A stretch of DNA of 64,000 nucleotides, taken from Eledone cirrhosa. Lineage: Eukaryota. The position numbers and the translations under genes were made by a program. This document shows, piece after piece, positions 11,918-26,301 of this stretch (position 1 is the stretch's first letter; each line of letters begins with the position of its first letter). The stretch is taken from NCBI GenBank assembly GCA_964016885.1, contig OZ024742.1:347200001-347264000 (forward strand). Direction: 5' to 3'. The notes below the pieces were generated by a model. The model was given only the letters and a program-made list of their open reading frames with translations. It was not told where the DNA came from and did not search any database.

Positions 11918-14900
11918 TCATCATCACCATCATCATCATCATCATCATCATCGTTTAACGTCTATCTTCCACGCTAGCATAGGTTAGACGGGAGTTGTCC
12001 ACTTGAGGCAAGATTGGTTGTCTTGCTCGTATAGGACAATCTGGCAGATTTTCTACGGTTGGATGTTCCTAACACCAACCACATTTACAGTGTGAACTGG
12101 GAGCTTTTTACTGTGTCTCCTACACAACCACTTTATAGCGTGGACTGTGTTTTTTTGTCGTGACACCTACACGACCTCATTAGTTTGGACTGGATGTTGT
12201 GGTACCAACATAACTTTATAGAGAAAGGGTGGTGTTGACGGGAGTGGGAGGATTGAGTAGGGGTAGTGGGTTGGGATGTATATTTGGTTTGGAGGTGCCT
12301 ACTGACTGTAGGTTAACTTTACACGTAGGGAAGGCGGGTCTTCTGTATTACTGCGTGGCGGCAAAGATCTCGATCCAGTGACATTGTCTTAGAGAGGTGT
12401 AAGTGTGTAAGGTCGGATTTTATCATGTCGCCCCAGGTTTTTCTGGGTCTACCTACTCCATAACTTCCATCAATTTTGATCGCCCTGCACTTTTTTATAC
12501 AGCTGTCGTCTTTCATGCGCATCACGTGACCATACCAACGTAGTCTTCTCTCAAGTAAACAGCATCTGATCCCTCTTATTCCTAATTTCTCACTTAGTTC
12601 ATTTATGCTTTGCTGTTCACGTATATAACTATTACACATCCAACGGAGCATGTATGCTTCGTGCCTTTCCAGTCTGCGCATGTCCTCTGCACGTAATGCC
12701 CATGTCTCACTGCCATGTAACATTACTCTTCGTATACAGGCATCATAGAATCTGCCTTTCATTTTTAGAGAGAAACCTTTTGTAGCCAATAGTGGTTTAA
12801 GCATTCTGAACTTTTCCCATCCCGTTCTGATTCTGGCTACTGTACTTTCAGAGCACCCTCCACCACTGCTGATTTTGTCGCCCAGGTAACGGAAAGTGTC
12901 CACTATTTCTATAGAACCATCTGGGCAGTAGATGGAGCAAGTATTCTGTGGGCACTTGCTACTTACTGCACCTGAGCATCGGCCACATATAAAATCTACG
13001 TTCTTAGATAGCTTACCTGTGAACCCACTACATCTTTTATGGACCCATAGTTTGTATTTGGAGCATAGAATGGAATTTCTACCTACTTCTTTCCTACACA
13101 CTGAGCATGGCCATTTCCCAGAGGGCACCTGTGTCCTATTTTCCTTTCTACATACTAGAACTTTAAGGCCTTTTGATTCTAGTTCATGCTTCCATGTTTG
13201 GAATTTCTTCTCTAGTTCAGTCATAGATTCAGCTATGAGAGTTAGATCATCTGCATATAGAAGTTCCCATGGGCAGCCGGTCTTAAACTCCTATGTTATA
13301 GCCTGAAGGGCAATAATAAACAGGAGGGGGCTAAGGACAGAGCCTTGATGAACACCTACTTTTACGTTAAATTCTTCACTATATTCATTGTTATTTCTAA
13401 CCTTGCTGGCTGTTTCTTTATACATGGCTTGTAGCTCTCACAAGCCATTCATCTACTTCTAGTTTTCTAACAGCCCACCAGATAATGGGGCGGGAGGCTC
13501 TGTCAAAGGCTTTCTCCAAGTCAACAAAAGCTAAGTAGATGGGTTTACTTGTAGCTAGGTACTTCTCCTGTAGTTGCCGTAGAAGGAAAAGAGCATATGT
13601 GGTACTTTTACCTGACACAAACCCAAACTGCATTTCATCTAGATCAATTCGATCTCTGATTAATTGTGCTATAACTCTTTCCATGACCTTCATGGCCTGG
13701 TCAACTTAATGCCTCTATAGTTTCCTCTGTCTGGAACATCTCCTTTACCCTTGTAGCAGTTAATGATGATGATGCTACGCCAGTCATTTGGTATGACCCC
13801 ATTCTGTATTACTTAGTTTACTATCCGGGTGACCATAGTATGTCCCACCATTCCAGATGCTTTCAACATCTCAGCAACTATCTCTGAAAGCCCAGCTGCC
13901 TTGCCTGTCTTCATATCTTTGATTGCCTTACTTACTATACTACCATTAACTTGCACCGCTGGTCTCTATTGGATCGATTTGGGGCAGACTTTTCCCAATT
14001 ATCCGATTTGGGAAGATCTTTTTCCCAATTATTCTCCTCATTTAGTAGTCCCTCGTAGTGACACTTCCAAGCTACCTTCTTATCAGTATCAGCGAGGGAA
14101 AGTACACCATCATCATTACGGACACACTTTTCCCCGACAATATCACGGTTTTCCTTGACACATTGTCTTGCGATCCTGAACACCTCACGTTTTTGGTCCT
14201 CGCGTTGTAGAACATGCTTGAACCTACTATCCTCTGCTTTCCTTCTTGCAAAGTACACTTGTCTCCTAGCTTCTTTACTGGCCACTTGACAATGTTCTCT
14301 ACTTCCCCCATCCGCCATACTTCCCAAGCCTGCTTTTTGGCCTTGATTGTCTCCTCCACCTTACTGTTCCACCACCAAGTTACTCTCCTCCTGTCTATAG
14401 GTCTGCTCCACCCACAGATTTCATCTGTCGCCTTCAGCAGGTTAACTTTCAAGAATCCCACTGTTCCTCTATATTGTACGTCTCTATTTGCTCTTCCTTG
14501 CTGTCAAAAGCATCAAGTAATATGCTTTTAAAATTGTTACTGGCTGCGGGGTCCTTCAATTTCTATATTCTGCTCCTCAAAGTAGTCCTCTTCTGTCGTC
14601 GAGTACGTCTAGGCCTGACTATGAGGTCACTAACTATTAGGCTATGTTGGGAGGTGCATTCTTCGTAGCCATCACAATGTTGTCCAACATGACCATTTAG
14701 GTCGCCAGCAATAATTATGTAGTCACTGTCGGTTATTTGGGAAGCAGTGAACATTAGCGACTCATAGAATCTGTCTTTTATAATGTCAAGTAGGCCAGAT
14801 TGGGGTGCATAAGCGAATTTTTTGTCACAGTAGTTCTATTTAGAACTAGTCTTATTTTAATTATTCTGTCGTTCACTCTATTTACGGCAATTACCTTATC

Positions 14901-15068
14901 TACCCATTTTTCTGCTAACATAATTCCTACTCCACCCAGCCCATTGTCATTTCCCATCAAGAAAAGTTTTAGCATCGTTTTTTACCCACAATGAATCTAG
15001 TAGACCCACCCCTCCACCTAGTCTCTTGAACACAACAAACATCAACTTCCTTACGTTCAAGCATCTCT
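11918..15068 (-). mobile_element. RTE-clade LINE, degenerate (APE endonuclease and RT remnants)
   Basis: ORF pieces [55 protein letters not shown]; (CAT)n tail. Confidence 0.95.
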
Positions 15069-15683
15069 ACAACCTCATGTATATATATTCATATATATAT
15101 ATACATATACATATATATATATATATACATGGACACACACACGTATACATACATGCATACATAGACATATTGGTAGAACTGTTGGCTTGATAAAAAGCAC
15201 CTAGTCCTCCCTGTAAAGTAGTAGGCGTTATGAAGGGCATCCAGCAATAGAAGCCAAGCGAGAACGGACTGTACGGGCATATGGTCACCTGGAATATTCA
15301 GAGCTTGACTGTGTGTAGCAGAGGGGGCTAGCCGTGGTGGTGGTGGTGGTGGTGGTGGTACTGATGGTGGTGGTGGAAGTGACGGTGGTGGTGGTGGAAG
15401 CGGCGGTGGTGGTATACAGGTAAAAGTGAGACAAACAAAATGAGAAAAATAAGGTGAAAGAAGCGACAGACATGAGAAGAGCGTGAGAGGTTTAAACACG
15501 ACAAATAAAAGGTGAAACTATGCCTTAGACCAGTGGTCGCCAACCTTTCTAAAACCGAGGAACCCTCTAAATATTTTGAATTCTTCACGGAACCTATACA
15601 ATACAAAACTTTTCAAAAAAAAATAATAATGTATTTATTTATTTTAGTGTTTCATGTGTGTGTATGTAATCGAACACAATTAA

Positions 15684-17564
15684 CTAGTGGCTTTTCTGCT
15701 GCTGCGCCTCATCAGTGAGTTTAGAAAATCGAGGTTCAACACTAGTTAATGCCAGTCTCATACACTCGTCAATTGCTGACAGTTTATTCATCTTCTTTGT
15801 GCAGATTTCTACCAACTGCGAAAACCCTTCGCACAAGTAGCTAGATGGGAATAAAGTCAAATATTTCAATGCAAGTTGGCTGATTTCATTAAACTACCCA
15901 ATCAAGAATAAGTCGATCCATAGTTCTTTCTTTCTGCTTTCGAATATCACTTTTAGGTCTTCGTTTGAATTCAAATCCATCAACTGATGTAAGCATTGTG
16001 CAGGTACTAAATTTTTACAATTTCCAGCATCATTTTCTGACACTAACTGCTCGATCTCGGTGAACGGGTTTTTTATCCATAAATTTCCGCTAACAATATC
16101 TTTTTCCATCAAGTCAAAATAATCTGAAAAACTTGTGGAAAGCACATTTAAATGAGAAAGAATAATCTTCTTTAGATTGCTGGAGTCAAAATCTTCTCTC
16201 TTTTTAAGCTCTATTTCAAGGTTTGAAAGTAATGAGTAATTGTCCGATTCAATTCTTTTTATAAAGATGTTTAATTTTGATTGAAAATATGTAATAAAAT
16301 TGATTGAAGTAAAAATATCTGCATTGTTACCCTGAAGACACTTATTTAGTTTGTTCAGTTCACCAAAAATGTCTACTAAATAAGCGAGTTGCACAATCCA
16401 TTCATTGGTTTCTAATACACTTGCTCTTTCATCATTCTATTTTTTTAGAAAAACTATTATTTCTTCTCTCAGTTCAAAAACTCTCTTCATAGCATCCCCA
16501 AAAGACAGCCAACGCACATCATTGTTCAATAACAATCTATTATAATTACTTCCAGAAGATTCACAAATAGATTCAAACATTCTAGAATTTTTTGCTCTTG
16601 CATGGATCAAATTGATAATGTTGACAATGTCTTTCAGCTGGTCATTTAATATTTGTGCATCTCTGTCTTTGAATTTTTTTTTACACAAAACCTCTCAATG
16701 AATCATACAATGATTTGAAATACAATTGGGGTCTGTTCTTTAATTTTTGCAATCAAACCAGAAGTTTTACCAGTCATTGCAGCTGCTCCATCTGTTGTTA
16801 TTGAAGTCAACTTGCTCCAATATACACCATTTTTTTAAAATACTCTTCAATTTTATTGAATATATCTTGACCTTTAGTTGTGATATCTAATACCAGACAA
16901 AACAAATACTCTTCTACTAATTCTTTTTTATCAAGGTCTACAAACCGTACATAGCAAATTAATTGAGCCTTGTAGTTTCGTCCACTTGCAGACCAAAACA
17001 TGTGCTTTTCTTTAGTGCAGTTAGTATCTGATTTTCTATATCAGAAGAAATATCAATTATCCTTCTTTTTACGGTATTTGCTGACAATGGTAACTGGCTT
17101 AATTTTTCTTTGTCCTTAATACTGCATCTTTCAAAAAGATTCTCTGTAGCAATTTTTATACTTGGCAGAATTAACTGTTCTCCTAATGTAAATGGTTTCT
17201 TGTTTTTACCAATCAAATGTGAAATTTCAAAAGATGTTCTTGTTAAAGCTTTATTTCTATCTGACTTTTTACAAAACAAGTCATACATATTAGCTTGTGA
17301 TTTTTTGATGTTGTTTTTCAGCGAAGTAAAGTATTCCAGTGACTTGCTTTTATCATTGGTGTGATTAGTATCAAGGTGTCTTTTAAGTTTTGCAGAATTT
17401 AAACAGCTATTTGATAGAACTTTTGAACATAGCAAACACATGGGCTGATCTGGTGTATCTTTTTTAGTGTCAGCTTTTTGAAATCCATATCTAACATAAT
17501 CATCACACCACTGTCTAACCGTACTGCTGGTATCTATCTTCAGCTTCTTTGCAGTAGACATCAT
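15684..17564 (-). pseudogene. hAT (Buster/ZBED5-8-like) transposase pseudogene
   Basis: BED-like finger CLLC..LKRHL..H, LQVDET, DGAAAMTG, HCMIH*E, VRWLS, LAYLVDIF, SYLCEGFS spread over five frames with frameshifts and a stop. Confidence 0.92.
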
Positions 17565-18014
17565 ATCAAGGTTATTTATCTACAGTTAATATTTTTAATA
17601 TGACATTAATAAACAAGAGAAATTAAGTTTTTTTTATTACAAAAAGTACTTAAATTAACTTTAATTTTAGATATTTGGAAAAACTTAACTAGTTAAAAAA
17701 GAATTTTAATTTTTAAAAATTGAAATTTCTCCATTTTAGGATGGCAAACATATTATTTAAAGTCTTATAATAATATTAAAATATTAGGGGTTACTGAAAA
17801 AGGTGCAAATTTATAAACAACTAGAAGAAATCTTTTTCAGAGTCCAGCACTTCCTGCATATACTACTTTAATTATTGGTAATGTAAATATATTTAAATAT
17901 CCGCCATACTAAAAGGTGCAAAAAATGCAAATCAGCTGATAGTGTAGAAGATGTGACGATGGTATTGGAAATTAATTCAGATATCTTCTATCTATTTTGA
18001 CTCAAAGTTAAATA

Positions 18015-18112
18015 TAATTGTTTCTACTTTAGGCACAAGGCCAGCAATTACCCAGTGCATTACTGGTACTTTATTTTATCGACCTCGTAAGGATGAAAGG
18101 CAAAGTCAACCT
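18015..18112 (-). mobile_element. SINE A fragment inserted in the hAT 5' region
   Basis: Matches the SINE A motif. Confidence 0.8.
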
Positions 18113-19379
18113 TCAAAGTTAGATATAATATAAGAAGGCTTTAGGCTGCGTTAAACATATATTAGATTGGAACAAATAAAGTTTAGTCAAATGTTTGTGG
18201 ACATATATATTTATTGATAATGTAATTTCTCAATTGTGAATGCAGATGTCATCAAATGAATACATAATTGTGTAGCAAAGTTTATAGTGTATGCATGGAA
18301 TACAAAATTACCTTTGTTAGTAGTCGAAACTTTACAGGCGTTATATTTTCTGTGCAAGTACAACAGAATGTAACGTGTTCTTATTTAGAATTGTCTGTAG
18401 AACTGGATGCATGTTGAAAACGACTAGTAAGCGAGTTCACTATGTGAGGAAACTTTAGGCGACTTTAAAGTTTTTGTGAGGACAGCAGATTAAAACGTGT
18501 TCTCTATTGAAAATATTCTACTGAACTTACGTTGTGAGAACAGCGAACTGACCCTGTCTCTCTGTTGAAAGACCTCGCTGAACTGAAGTTTTCAGTTTAA
18601 AGTTATGCTGTTATCGACCAACATTTACTTGTTCGTGATTGGTCAATTTCTAAGTTCAATTAGTGTATTATCAGTAGTAGTCAAATTCTCGGAATTCAGA
18701 AAACTTTGTCTTTCCAAGAATAGATGTGAAATTGAAAGTATTCAATTTTCACGAATCTCAGAACAGTGTTTTTCTGCTAATTCAAGTGAGAAACTGAAAG
18801 TAGTGTTTTCCACGAATTGGAGTGGAGAACCTGTGTACACTACAATAGTACTTGTTCATTTATACATTGCACCTTTGGCATTTTCTTTGCACCTTTTTCA
18901 GAAAACCCAAAATATTAATGGTAATGTAAATATTTATTTTTTTAAGGAACCCGGAGTTTGTTTTACGGAACCCCAAGGTTCCGCGGAACCCATGTTGGCG
19001 ACCACTGCCTTAGACAACATCGGGGGTGAGGGGGAGATTGGCATGGATGAGAGTGACTGCTGGTTTCCACAAACACACCCCGTTCAGGGTTGATCCTTAG
19101 AAAGGAATTATCCAGGGGCAATTATGTATTCTGACAATGTCATGAAAGGTTATTGACATTATATAAAAATAAATGAGCAGTATCTAATAAAAACACACTA
19201 TTAAAGGGTTTCACATAAGCCGGGCCATCAACTAGCATAGTCCAGCGGTTTAGTTTGTATTTATTGCTATTCTGTATCTCAAAATAGATCCACCCAATTG
19301 TTTTTTTAAATGATCGACCTCTTCCCGGAATCATTCACTCCTCATAGACCCCACACCTGTCTTCTTCTGTCTTCTTCAC

Positions 19380-19725
19380 CCACTTATTCCTGAGAGAGTC
19401 GGAGGCGTGGCAGAGTTCTCAAACACACCTTCCTTGTGTCTCCTGCCAGTTGGTTTTGCCCTTAAGATTCTCTTTCTTCGCCTTCTTCTCCTTTTTCGCC
19501 AACTTATTCCTGAGAGGGTCGTGGAGGCAGAGTCCTCAAACACTCCTTCCAGCGGGTCCTGTCAGAAGAAACCGTCTCCAACTGATCCGGCTGGATCCCC
19601 AAGGGAGACCAACCAAGCTGATGGATGTTATCCAACCATCTTGCTCGGAGTCTACTCCTGCGTCTCTTGCCAGTTGGTTTTGTCCATAAAATCTGTCCAG
19701 CAATTCTTTCCTTCTAACCACATGT
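19380..19725 (-). mobile_element. 3' fragment of another RTE-like LINE family (paralog at 56170-56395)
   Basis: Shared sequence; the paralog encodes GRLRARWLDNI...VASDRTHW, a typical RTE C-terminus. Confidence 0.7.
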
Positions 19726-19782
19726 CTATAATATTGGAGTATGTACAAAAATAGATAAGTAAATCAGTAAACAGATTATACA

Positions 19783-19859
<77 letters not shown>

Positions 19860-19911
19860 AAGAATGAAGAGTAACATGGTTGGCTGTACAATAAGGGCTT
19901 TATTTATACAT

Positions 19912-19993
<82 letters not shown>

Positions 19994-20025
19994 CTGATCT
20001 GTGTGCATGTGTGTGTATATATATA

Positions 20026-20078
<53 letters not shown>

Positions 20079-20378
20079 TAGACCAGGGACACCCCAAAAC
20101 ATTTTAGTTTCTCCAAACATTCCCCACCACCGACCTTGACCTCTCAACGACTCCAATCTTGTAGTAAACTAAATCAGTAAACAGACTCTAAACCAGATAA
20201 CGCCAGCTTATATAGAAATCAGAAACTGGACTAGATGTGTTGTATTTTATTGTATCTTTATTTCTTATGCAAATGTCTTGTACAAAAAAGTACAATCGAT
20301 CCCCTGGGTAGTCTTATCGACCCCTGGAGGGTTGGTATCGACCAATTTGGAAACCCACCCCCTCACACACACACACAC

Positions 20379-20413
<35 letters not shown>

Positions 20414-21007
20414 GCATAAGGAGGTTGTCGATAATCGATAATGACTGGCCATATGCAATATCTTGAGTCCAAGATAACAGAAGTGAATCGATCTCCTTCA
20501 CTGGTTTCTGTCTTCAGTTGGCTGTTGTCCAGTTGAGGGTATCCATGTCCAAAACATATGCAAATCAACACGCTCTGAGAACTCTCTTTTGTTTTACAAT
20601 GAACGAACTGGCCGCCTCCGATACTCGCTAATACGAGAAATTATAGAAACTTTGTTGAAATGTGTTGCTTTTAGTCTTTTTAGTTACAAAAGTACTCAAA
20701 CTAGTTCATTGCGTATCATCCAGAGATTTGTTAAGAGCACAAAGGTTTCACAAGGACTCTATAATTATAATATATGAAAAGCACAGCCAAGTAGACCATA
20801 AAAAAAATCATGGTTAATACAAGGCATGTTTTCAAACCTAAGGTAGCATATTAATGTTGAGCAAACATTAATATGTGTGTATATATATATAACCACGTGC
20901 AACACTACTCCATTACAAATACATTTGGCTAACACTCTGGGACATGTTTCCTCCATATACTTTCAAATGATATCTCATTGAGTGAGTAAAAGAGATAGGG
21001 GAGGCGA

Positions 21008-21045
<38 letters not shown>

Positions 21046-21572
21046 ATGATATTAAGTAAATGGAAACTATATTTTTTTCATTTTCATATTTTATATTTCC
21101 ATATATGAATCGACCTTCAGCCTGACACTGCTTTGACTGATACACTCCCTTCCCTGTATATATCACATGCATGTATGTGGTTACGCGTGTGTGTGTGTTT
21201 ATACGGGTGCTTTCATACTTGTATGTGTATATATTTCAATCCTTAGTCCCTGTGTCTGTATGTACGCTAACTCTATTATCTTACAATTTCTTTTTTCAAC
21301 ATATATTATATACGTATTTGTGGTCACACATACACTGATATGCTTGCACTCATGTATGTACTTACGGACACATTTTTTCACTATACACATGCATTTGTAC
21401 ATACACACATATGTACATTTGTAGGTGCATATACACACATTTATACACATAACCTTACTATATTTCCTTATTTTATTTTTATATATCTCTTGCATTACTT
21501 TTATTTATATTTTTTTTTGCCCGTTAAACTTTTGCCTTTCTTGAGATTTTTCAAATATTTCACTATGTTTTA

Positions 21573-21650
21573 AATTGCCTTGTCTGACGAACGAATGAGG
21601 ACGTTTCTTGTATTCGTCTTATTCGGGAAACCTCTGGTAATGAGGTAATT
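21573..21650 (+). ncRNA. Type I hammerhead ribozyme motif, intact core
   Basis: Stem I AAUUGCCUUGU/AUGAGGUAAUU (11 bp with GU), CUGACGA, 12-bp stem II CGAAUGAGGACG/CGUCUUAUUCG, GAAA, CC-UCU-GG, GUA cleavage triplet. Confidence 0.8.
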
Positions 21651-22069
21651 ATATTGTATTGTTTATTATACATTAAATTTAGCTCTGTAACTTACAGCAC
21701 TCTTCACTCCTATGACTTTTTCAATTTTCAACGGAAACTTCAATACACACATATATATATTATCCGTGTTTAAATAGGGTTGAATCGTTTAATACAGTGG
21801 CAGCATTGCTACGGGTGATGGCCAGTTGTATTATCGTTTATCGTATTTGTGAGATATCAGGAAATGAAAAGAAATTAAGTAAAAGAAAGTAAAAGGATGA
21901 GTTATTTTTTAATTAAATTGTGACTATTGCTGTTATGTGAGAACACTCATTAGGCCGTGATTTCTGATAAAATATCACTTTACATGCAAATATCTCTCTC
22001 TCTGTTTGTTTGTTAACTTTTTCTCCACACACGGCTTCGGCAAATATAAGTATTTACTTAAATTAAAAG

Positions 22070-22225
22070 GTTGCGGATTAGCAGAGTCGTTAGATGGTCG
22101 GATAGAATGGTTTACGGTATTCTTACGGCTCTCTACTGTCTGAGTTCAAATCCCACCGAGGTCAACTTTGCCTTTCATTCATTCGAGAGCAATAAAAATA
22201 AGTACCAGTCAAGTACTGGAGTCGA
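22070..22225 (+). mobile_element. SINE A copy
   Basis: tRNA-like head with GAGTTCAAATCC plus the central motif. Confidence 0.75.
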
Positions 22226-22779
22226 TTCTTTCTCTTTCTCACTTCCTTTTTTTCACTCCCTCTATCCTTCTCTTGAAAAAATCTGTTGTATTCAGACCTG
22301 GAGAGTAGATGGGCTCTACCACGTTTCAAAATACCCTAGAAACGCTGTATGTCAGGTGGCGCCCCCTAGCACTCCCTCGGAAGTTACGGGACCTTGCCAC
22401 GCACTTAAATAAACCGAAAAATCATATATATCGTTACAAGTTCCTATCGTTCTCCTATTATGAAAGAAATGTGAGTCGCTACACGGCGCCCTCCTAAAAT
22501 TAAGACTATGGAGTTTACAAAAGTCGATCAAAAATCGTTACGGGTTCGAATCTCATCGAAGGTGCTGCGTTGGGTTGTTTCAATCATATTTCTGCTTATT
22601 ACTGGTTTATATCCCATCTTTGTTTAATTGAATGGGGTTGGGGGAGATATCATTTTGTAGCGAATAAGCGTCGTTGTATTAAATTAGCCGCAAGTTACTG
22701 GTAGTATCATTTGAATATCAAAAATGTAGTTTTCCCCTTTCATACATTTGTACACAACCATAGATACATAACGAAGCAC

Positions 22780-23340
22780 ACACACACACACACGGACACA
22801 CAGGTTTACACTCACACACACATACACACACGGACACACATACACAGGTTTACACTCACACACAGGCTTACACACACACACACACACACAGGTTTACACA
22901 CATCACACACAGGTTTACACACACATACACACACATGTTTACACTCACACACACACACACACACACAGGTTTACACTCACACACACACAAGTTTACACTC
23001 ACACACACACACACAGGTTTACACTAGCAGAAAACTACCCGGAGAGCATTTCCAGTTCGAGACGTTTAGTGGAGTTGGGCCGCTGACAGCGAAGTGCTTG
23101 TTATCGTTGGCGGCTCACCTTACTGAAGTGTCAGGTGATGGCCATGAGTGGGCTTGGTTGTTTCAGTCCCTTAGCCTCGCCATCACCCGGCCTTACTAAG
23201 GTGTCAGGTGATCCCCGTGAGAGTGCTTTCTTGTTTCAGCGCCTTAGCTTCGCCATTACCCGGCCTTACTGGGGTATCAGGTGATGCTCCTAGTGAGGGT
23301 ACTTGGCTGTTTCAGTGCCTTAGTCTCGCCATCACCCGTG
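22780..23340. repeat. CA-rich minisatellite followed by three degenerate 73-bp tandem units
   Basis: acacaggtttacac repeats; ccttact..tcaggtgat at 23118, 23191 and 23264. Confidence 0.8.
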
Positions 23341-23508
23341 GTAATGTTGCCAGCGTGTTAGCTTGCCTCAAACATATTCTGTTAACCCCTGTGTGTGTGA
23401 TGTGGTGTGTGATTAATTGACGTACTTGGTGGTGAATTGATGGTTGTTTTTATTTGTTTTCCTTTCCTTTCTTTTTCTCTCGCTTTGATCGTATATGTGT
23501 GTACATTA

Positions 23509-26270
23509 TCTACTTATATATATAACCAGCAATTTCTCTGTCTGTCTGTCCGACAGTGGAAACACGTGCGTAGAGAGAGAGTGAGAGTGAAAGAAAGAGA
23601 CAGACTACGAGAGGGGGATAGCGGGAGGGAGAGAGGGAGAGAGAGAGAGAGTGAATAGACGCTAAAACACGTGCTACAGAAATATTACCTTCCCCTCTCC
23701 ACTGACTTTGGTCATTGAGGCCGAGGGAATCGCTGGTTGCTATAGAGACACCTTGCACAAGCCAGAAGTAACCAGTTCGAGGCGGTTCTGACTTGACACC
23801 ATGCGAAGAAGGTTGCCATTGAATTTGTGGTTTGAAGAAGGTTGCCATTGAATTTGTGGTTGTTGCTGCTGATAATAAGGACCATTTGAAGAAGGTTGCT
23901 GCTGATGAGGTAATTTATTAATCAGATTGCGCAGTTCCATAACCTACGTTTGATTTGTTCAATTTTTTTTGTTGTTTTTTTTTATTTCTTATTGAAAAAA
24001 TATAAATAATAAAATAAGGTTAGAAATTTAAATACAATTAAATACGATTTAATTTCCATTTCCAGCAGCCAATGTCCAGTGTTCAATTTCATGAAAAAAT
24101 TGGAAATAATTCAAAAAATTGAAGTTTAACTTTTGAACATTTGTTTTGACAATAAAAAAATATTTCCTTATTCACACCTAATGGTATGATTAAAATTTCA
24201 GTATATACACTAGATTTGCTAGCAGAAAACCGCCCACCGGGTGGTTTTCTGCTAGTCTACTTATATATATAACCAGCAATTTCTCTGTCTGTCTGTCCGA
24301 CACTGGAAACGCGTGCGTAGAGTGAGAGTGAAAGAAAGAGACAGACTACGAGAGGGGGATAGCGGGAGGGAGAGAGGGAGAGAGAGAGAGTGAATAGACG
24401 CTAAAACACGTGCTACAGAAACATTACCTTCCCCTCTCCACTGACTTTGGTCACTGAGGCCGAGGGAATCGCTGGTTGCTATAGAGACACCTTGTACAAG
24501 CCAGAAGTAACCAGTTCGAGGCGGTTCTGACTTGACACCATGCGAAGAAGGTTGCCATTGAATTTGTGGTTTGAAGAAGGTTGCCATTGAATTTGTGGTT
24601 GTTGCTGCTGATAATAAGGACCATTTGAAGAAGGTTGCCATTGAATTTGTGTGCTGATGAGGTAATTTATTAATCAGATTGCGCAGTTCCATAAACTACG
24701 TTTGATTTGTTCAATTTTTTTCTTCAATTTTTTTTGTTGTTTTTTTTTATTTCTTATTGAAAAAATATAAATAATAAAATAAGGTTAGAAATTTAAATAC
24801 AATTAAATACGATTTAATTTCCATTTCCAGCAGCCAATGTCTAGTGTTCAATTTCATGAAAAAATTGGAAATAATTCAAAAAATTGAAGCTTAACTTTTG
24901 AACATTTGTTTTGACAATAAAAAAAATATTTCCTTATTCACACCTAATGGTATGATTAAAATTTCATAGGAATATTTTTTTCTAACCGCCAGTTATTTAA
25001 ATATTATTAAAAATAATTTTTTTTTTAAAAAGAATGGAAGATTTTGTGGATTTTTTTACCACCTTCCAAGCCTTAAACACTAATTTTCGCGAATCTGTGT
25101 TTTGTAATGACCCTCAGGATGCTGCTATTGTTGATTCCAATAGTGCCTGGTATTCGAATATGTTAGTATACAATTTTTTGAATAAATTTTTTGAATAAAT
25201 TTTTTGAATAAATTTGAATAAATTTAAATTAGAGCTGCCAAACAAAATTTTTTTCGGCTTCGGCCCATATTATATATATATATAATGGGGATGATGATGA
25301 TGATATACATAGTTACATATGTATATGTAATCTCCTTATAATATATAACCAGCAATTTCTCTGTCTGTCTGTCCGACAGTGGAAACACGTGCGCGCGTGC
25401 GAATGTTTTTTGCGCACGCGTAGAGAGAGAGTGAGAGTGAAAGAAAGAGACAGACTACGAGAGGGGGGTAGCGGAAGGGAGAGAGGGAGAGAGAGCGAGT
25501 GAATAGACGCTAAAACACGTGCGCGCGTGCGAATGTTTTTTGCGCACGCGTAGATAGAGAGTGAGAGTGAAAGAAAGAGACAGACTACAAGAGGGGGATA
25601 GCGGGAGGGAGAGAGGGGGGAATTGAGGAGTGCTACAGAAACGTATATACATTTCTGTGTGTGTGTAATATATATATATATACACACACAGAAATATATA
25701 TATATACACACAGAAATATATATACATTTCTGTGTTTGTAATATATATATATATACACACAGAAATATATATACATTTCTGTGTGTGTAATATATATATA
25801 TATATACACACAGAAATATATATACATTTCTGTGTGTGTAATATATATATATATATATACACACAGAAATATATATACATTTCTGTGTGTGTAATATATA
25901 TATATACTAGCAGAAAAACCACCCGGTGGGTGGTTTTCTGCTAGTCTATATATCTAAAACAGAGAATGTCTGTCTGTCTGACTCCCTAAAACTCGAGAAC
26001 CACCCCACTGATTGTTTTCAAACTTTACACATCTAATACTTACGGCCGTGTGAGTGTTTTGAGCAAAAGATATTTCAAATTTTCAATGCCCTAGGGACCG
26101 CATTAGGCGATTTAGCAATCTCTCTATAATTCTTAGTCTTTCTCTTTTTAGATAGATACATAGCTACAACGTCGCACAACGTCGCGCCCTTATAATATCT
26201 GTCTGTATGTTTGACTGTCTGCATTACGACATTATAACACTATCTGTGTGTGTGTATATATGTATATATA

Positions 26271-26301
<31 letters not shown>

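Larger units (their letters stand above)
15531..19007 (-). mobile_element. Full-length hAT transposon of the Buster/Charlie group
   Basis: TIRs CAGTGGTCGCCAAC / GTTGGCGACCACTG; 8-bp TSD CCTTAGAC (NNNTANNN, Buster-type). Confidence 0.95.

Noticed and set aside
11592-15332. 41-bp block repeated at 11592 and 15290 as a TSD or LTR of the RTE
   Set aside because: Not adjacent to the RTE ends; more likely two copies of a small repeat
20566-20650. Hammerhead-like string (CUGAGAA...GAAA)
   Set aside because: Core mutated and stems II/III not supportable
22500-22565. tRNA gene (GGTTCGAATC B-box)
   Set aside because: No A-box or cloverleaf found
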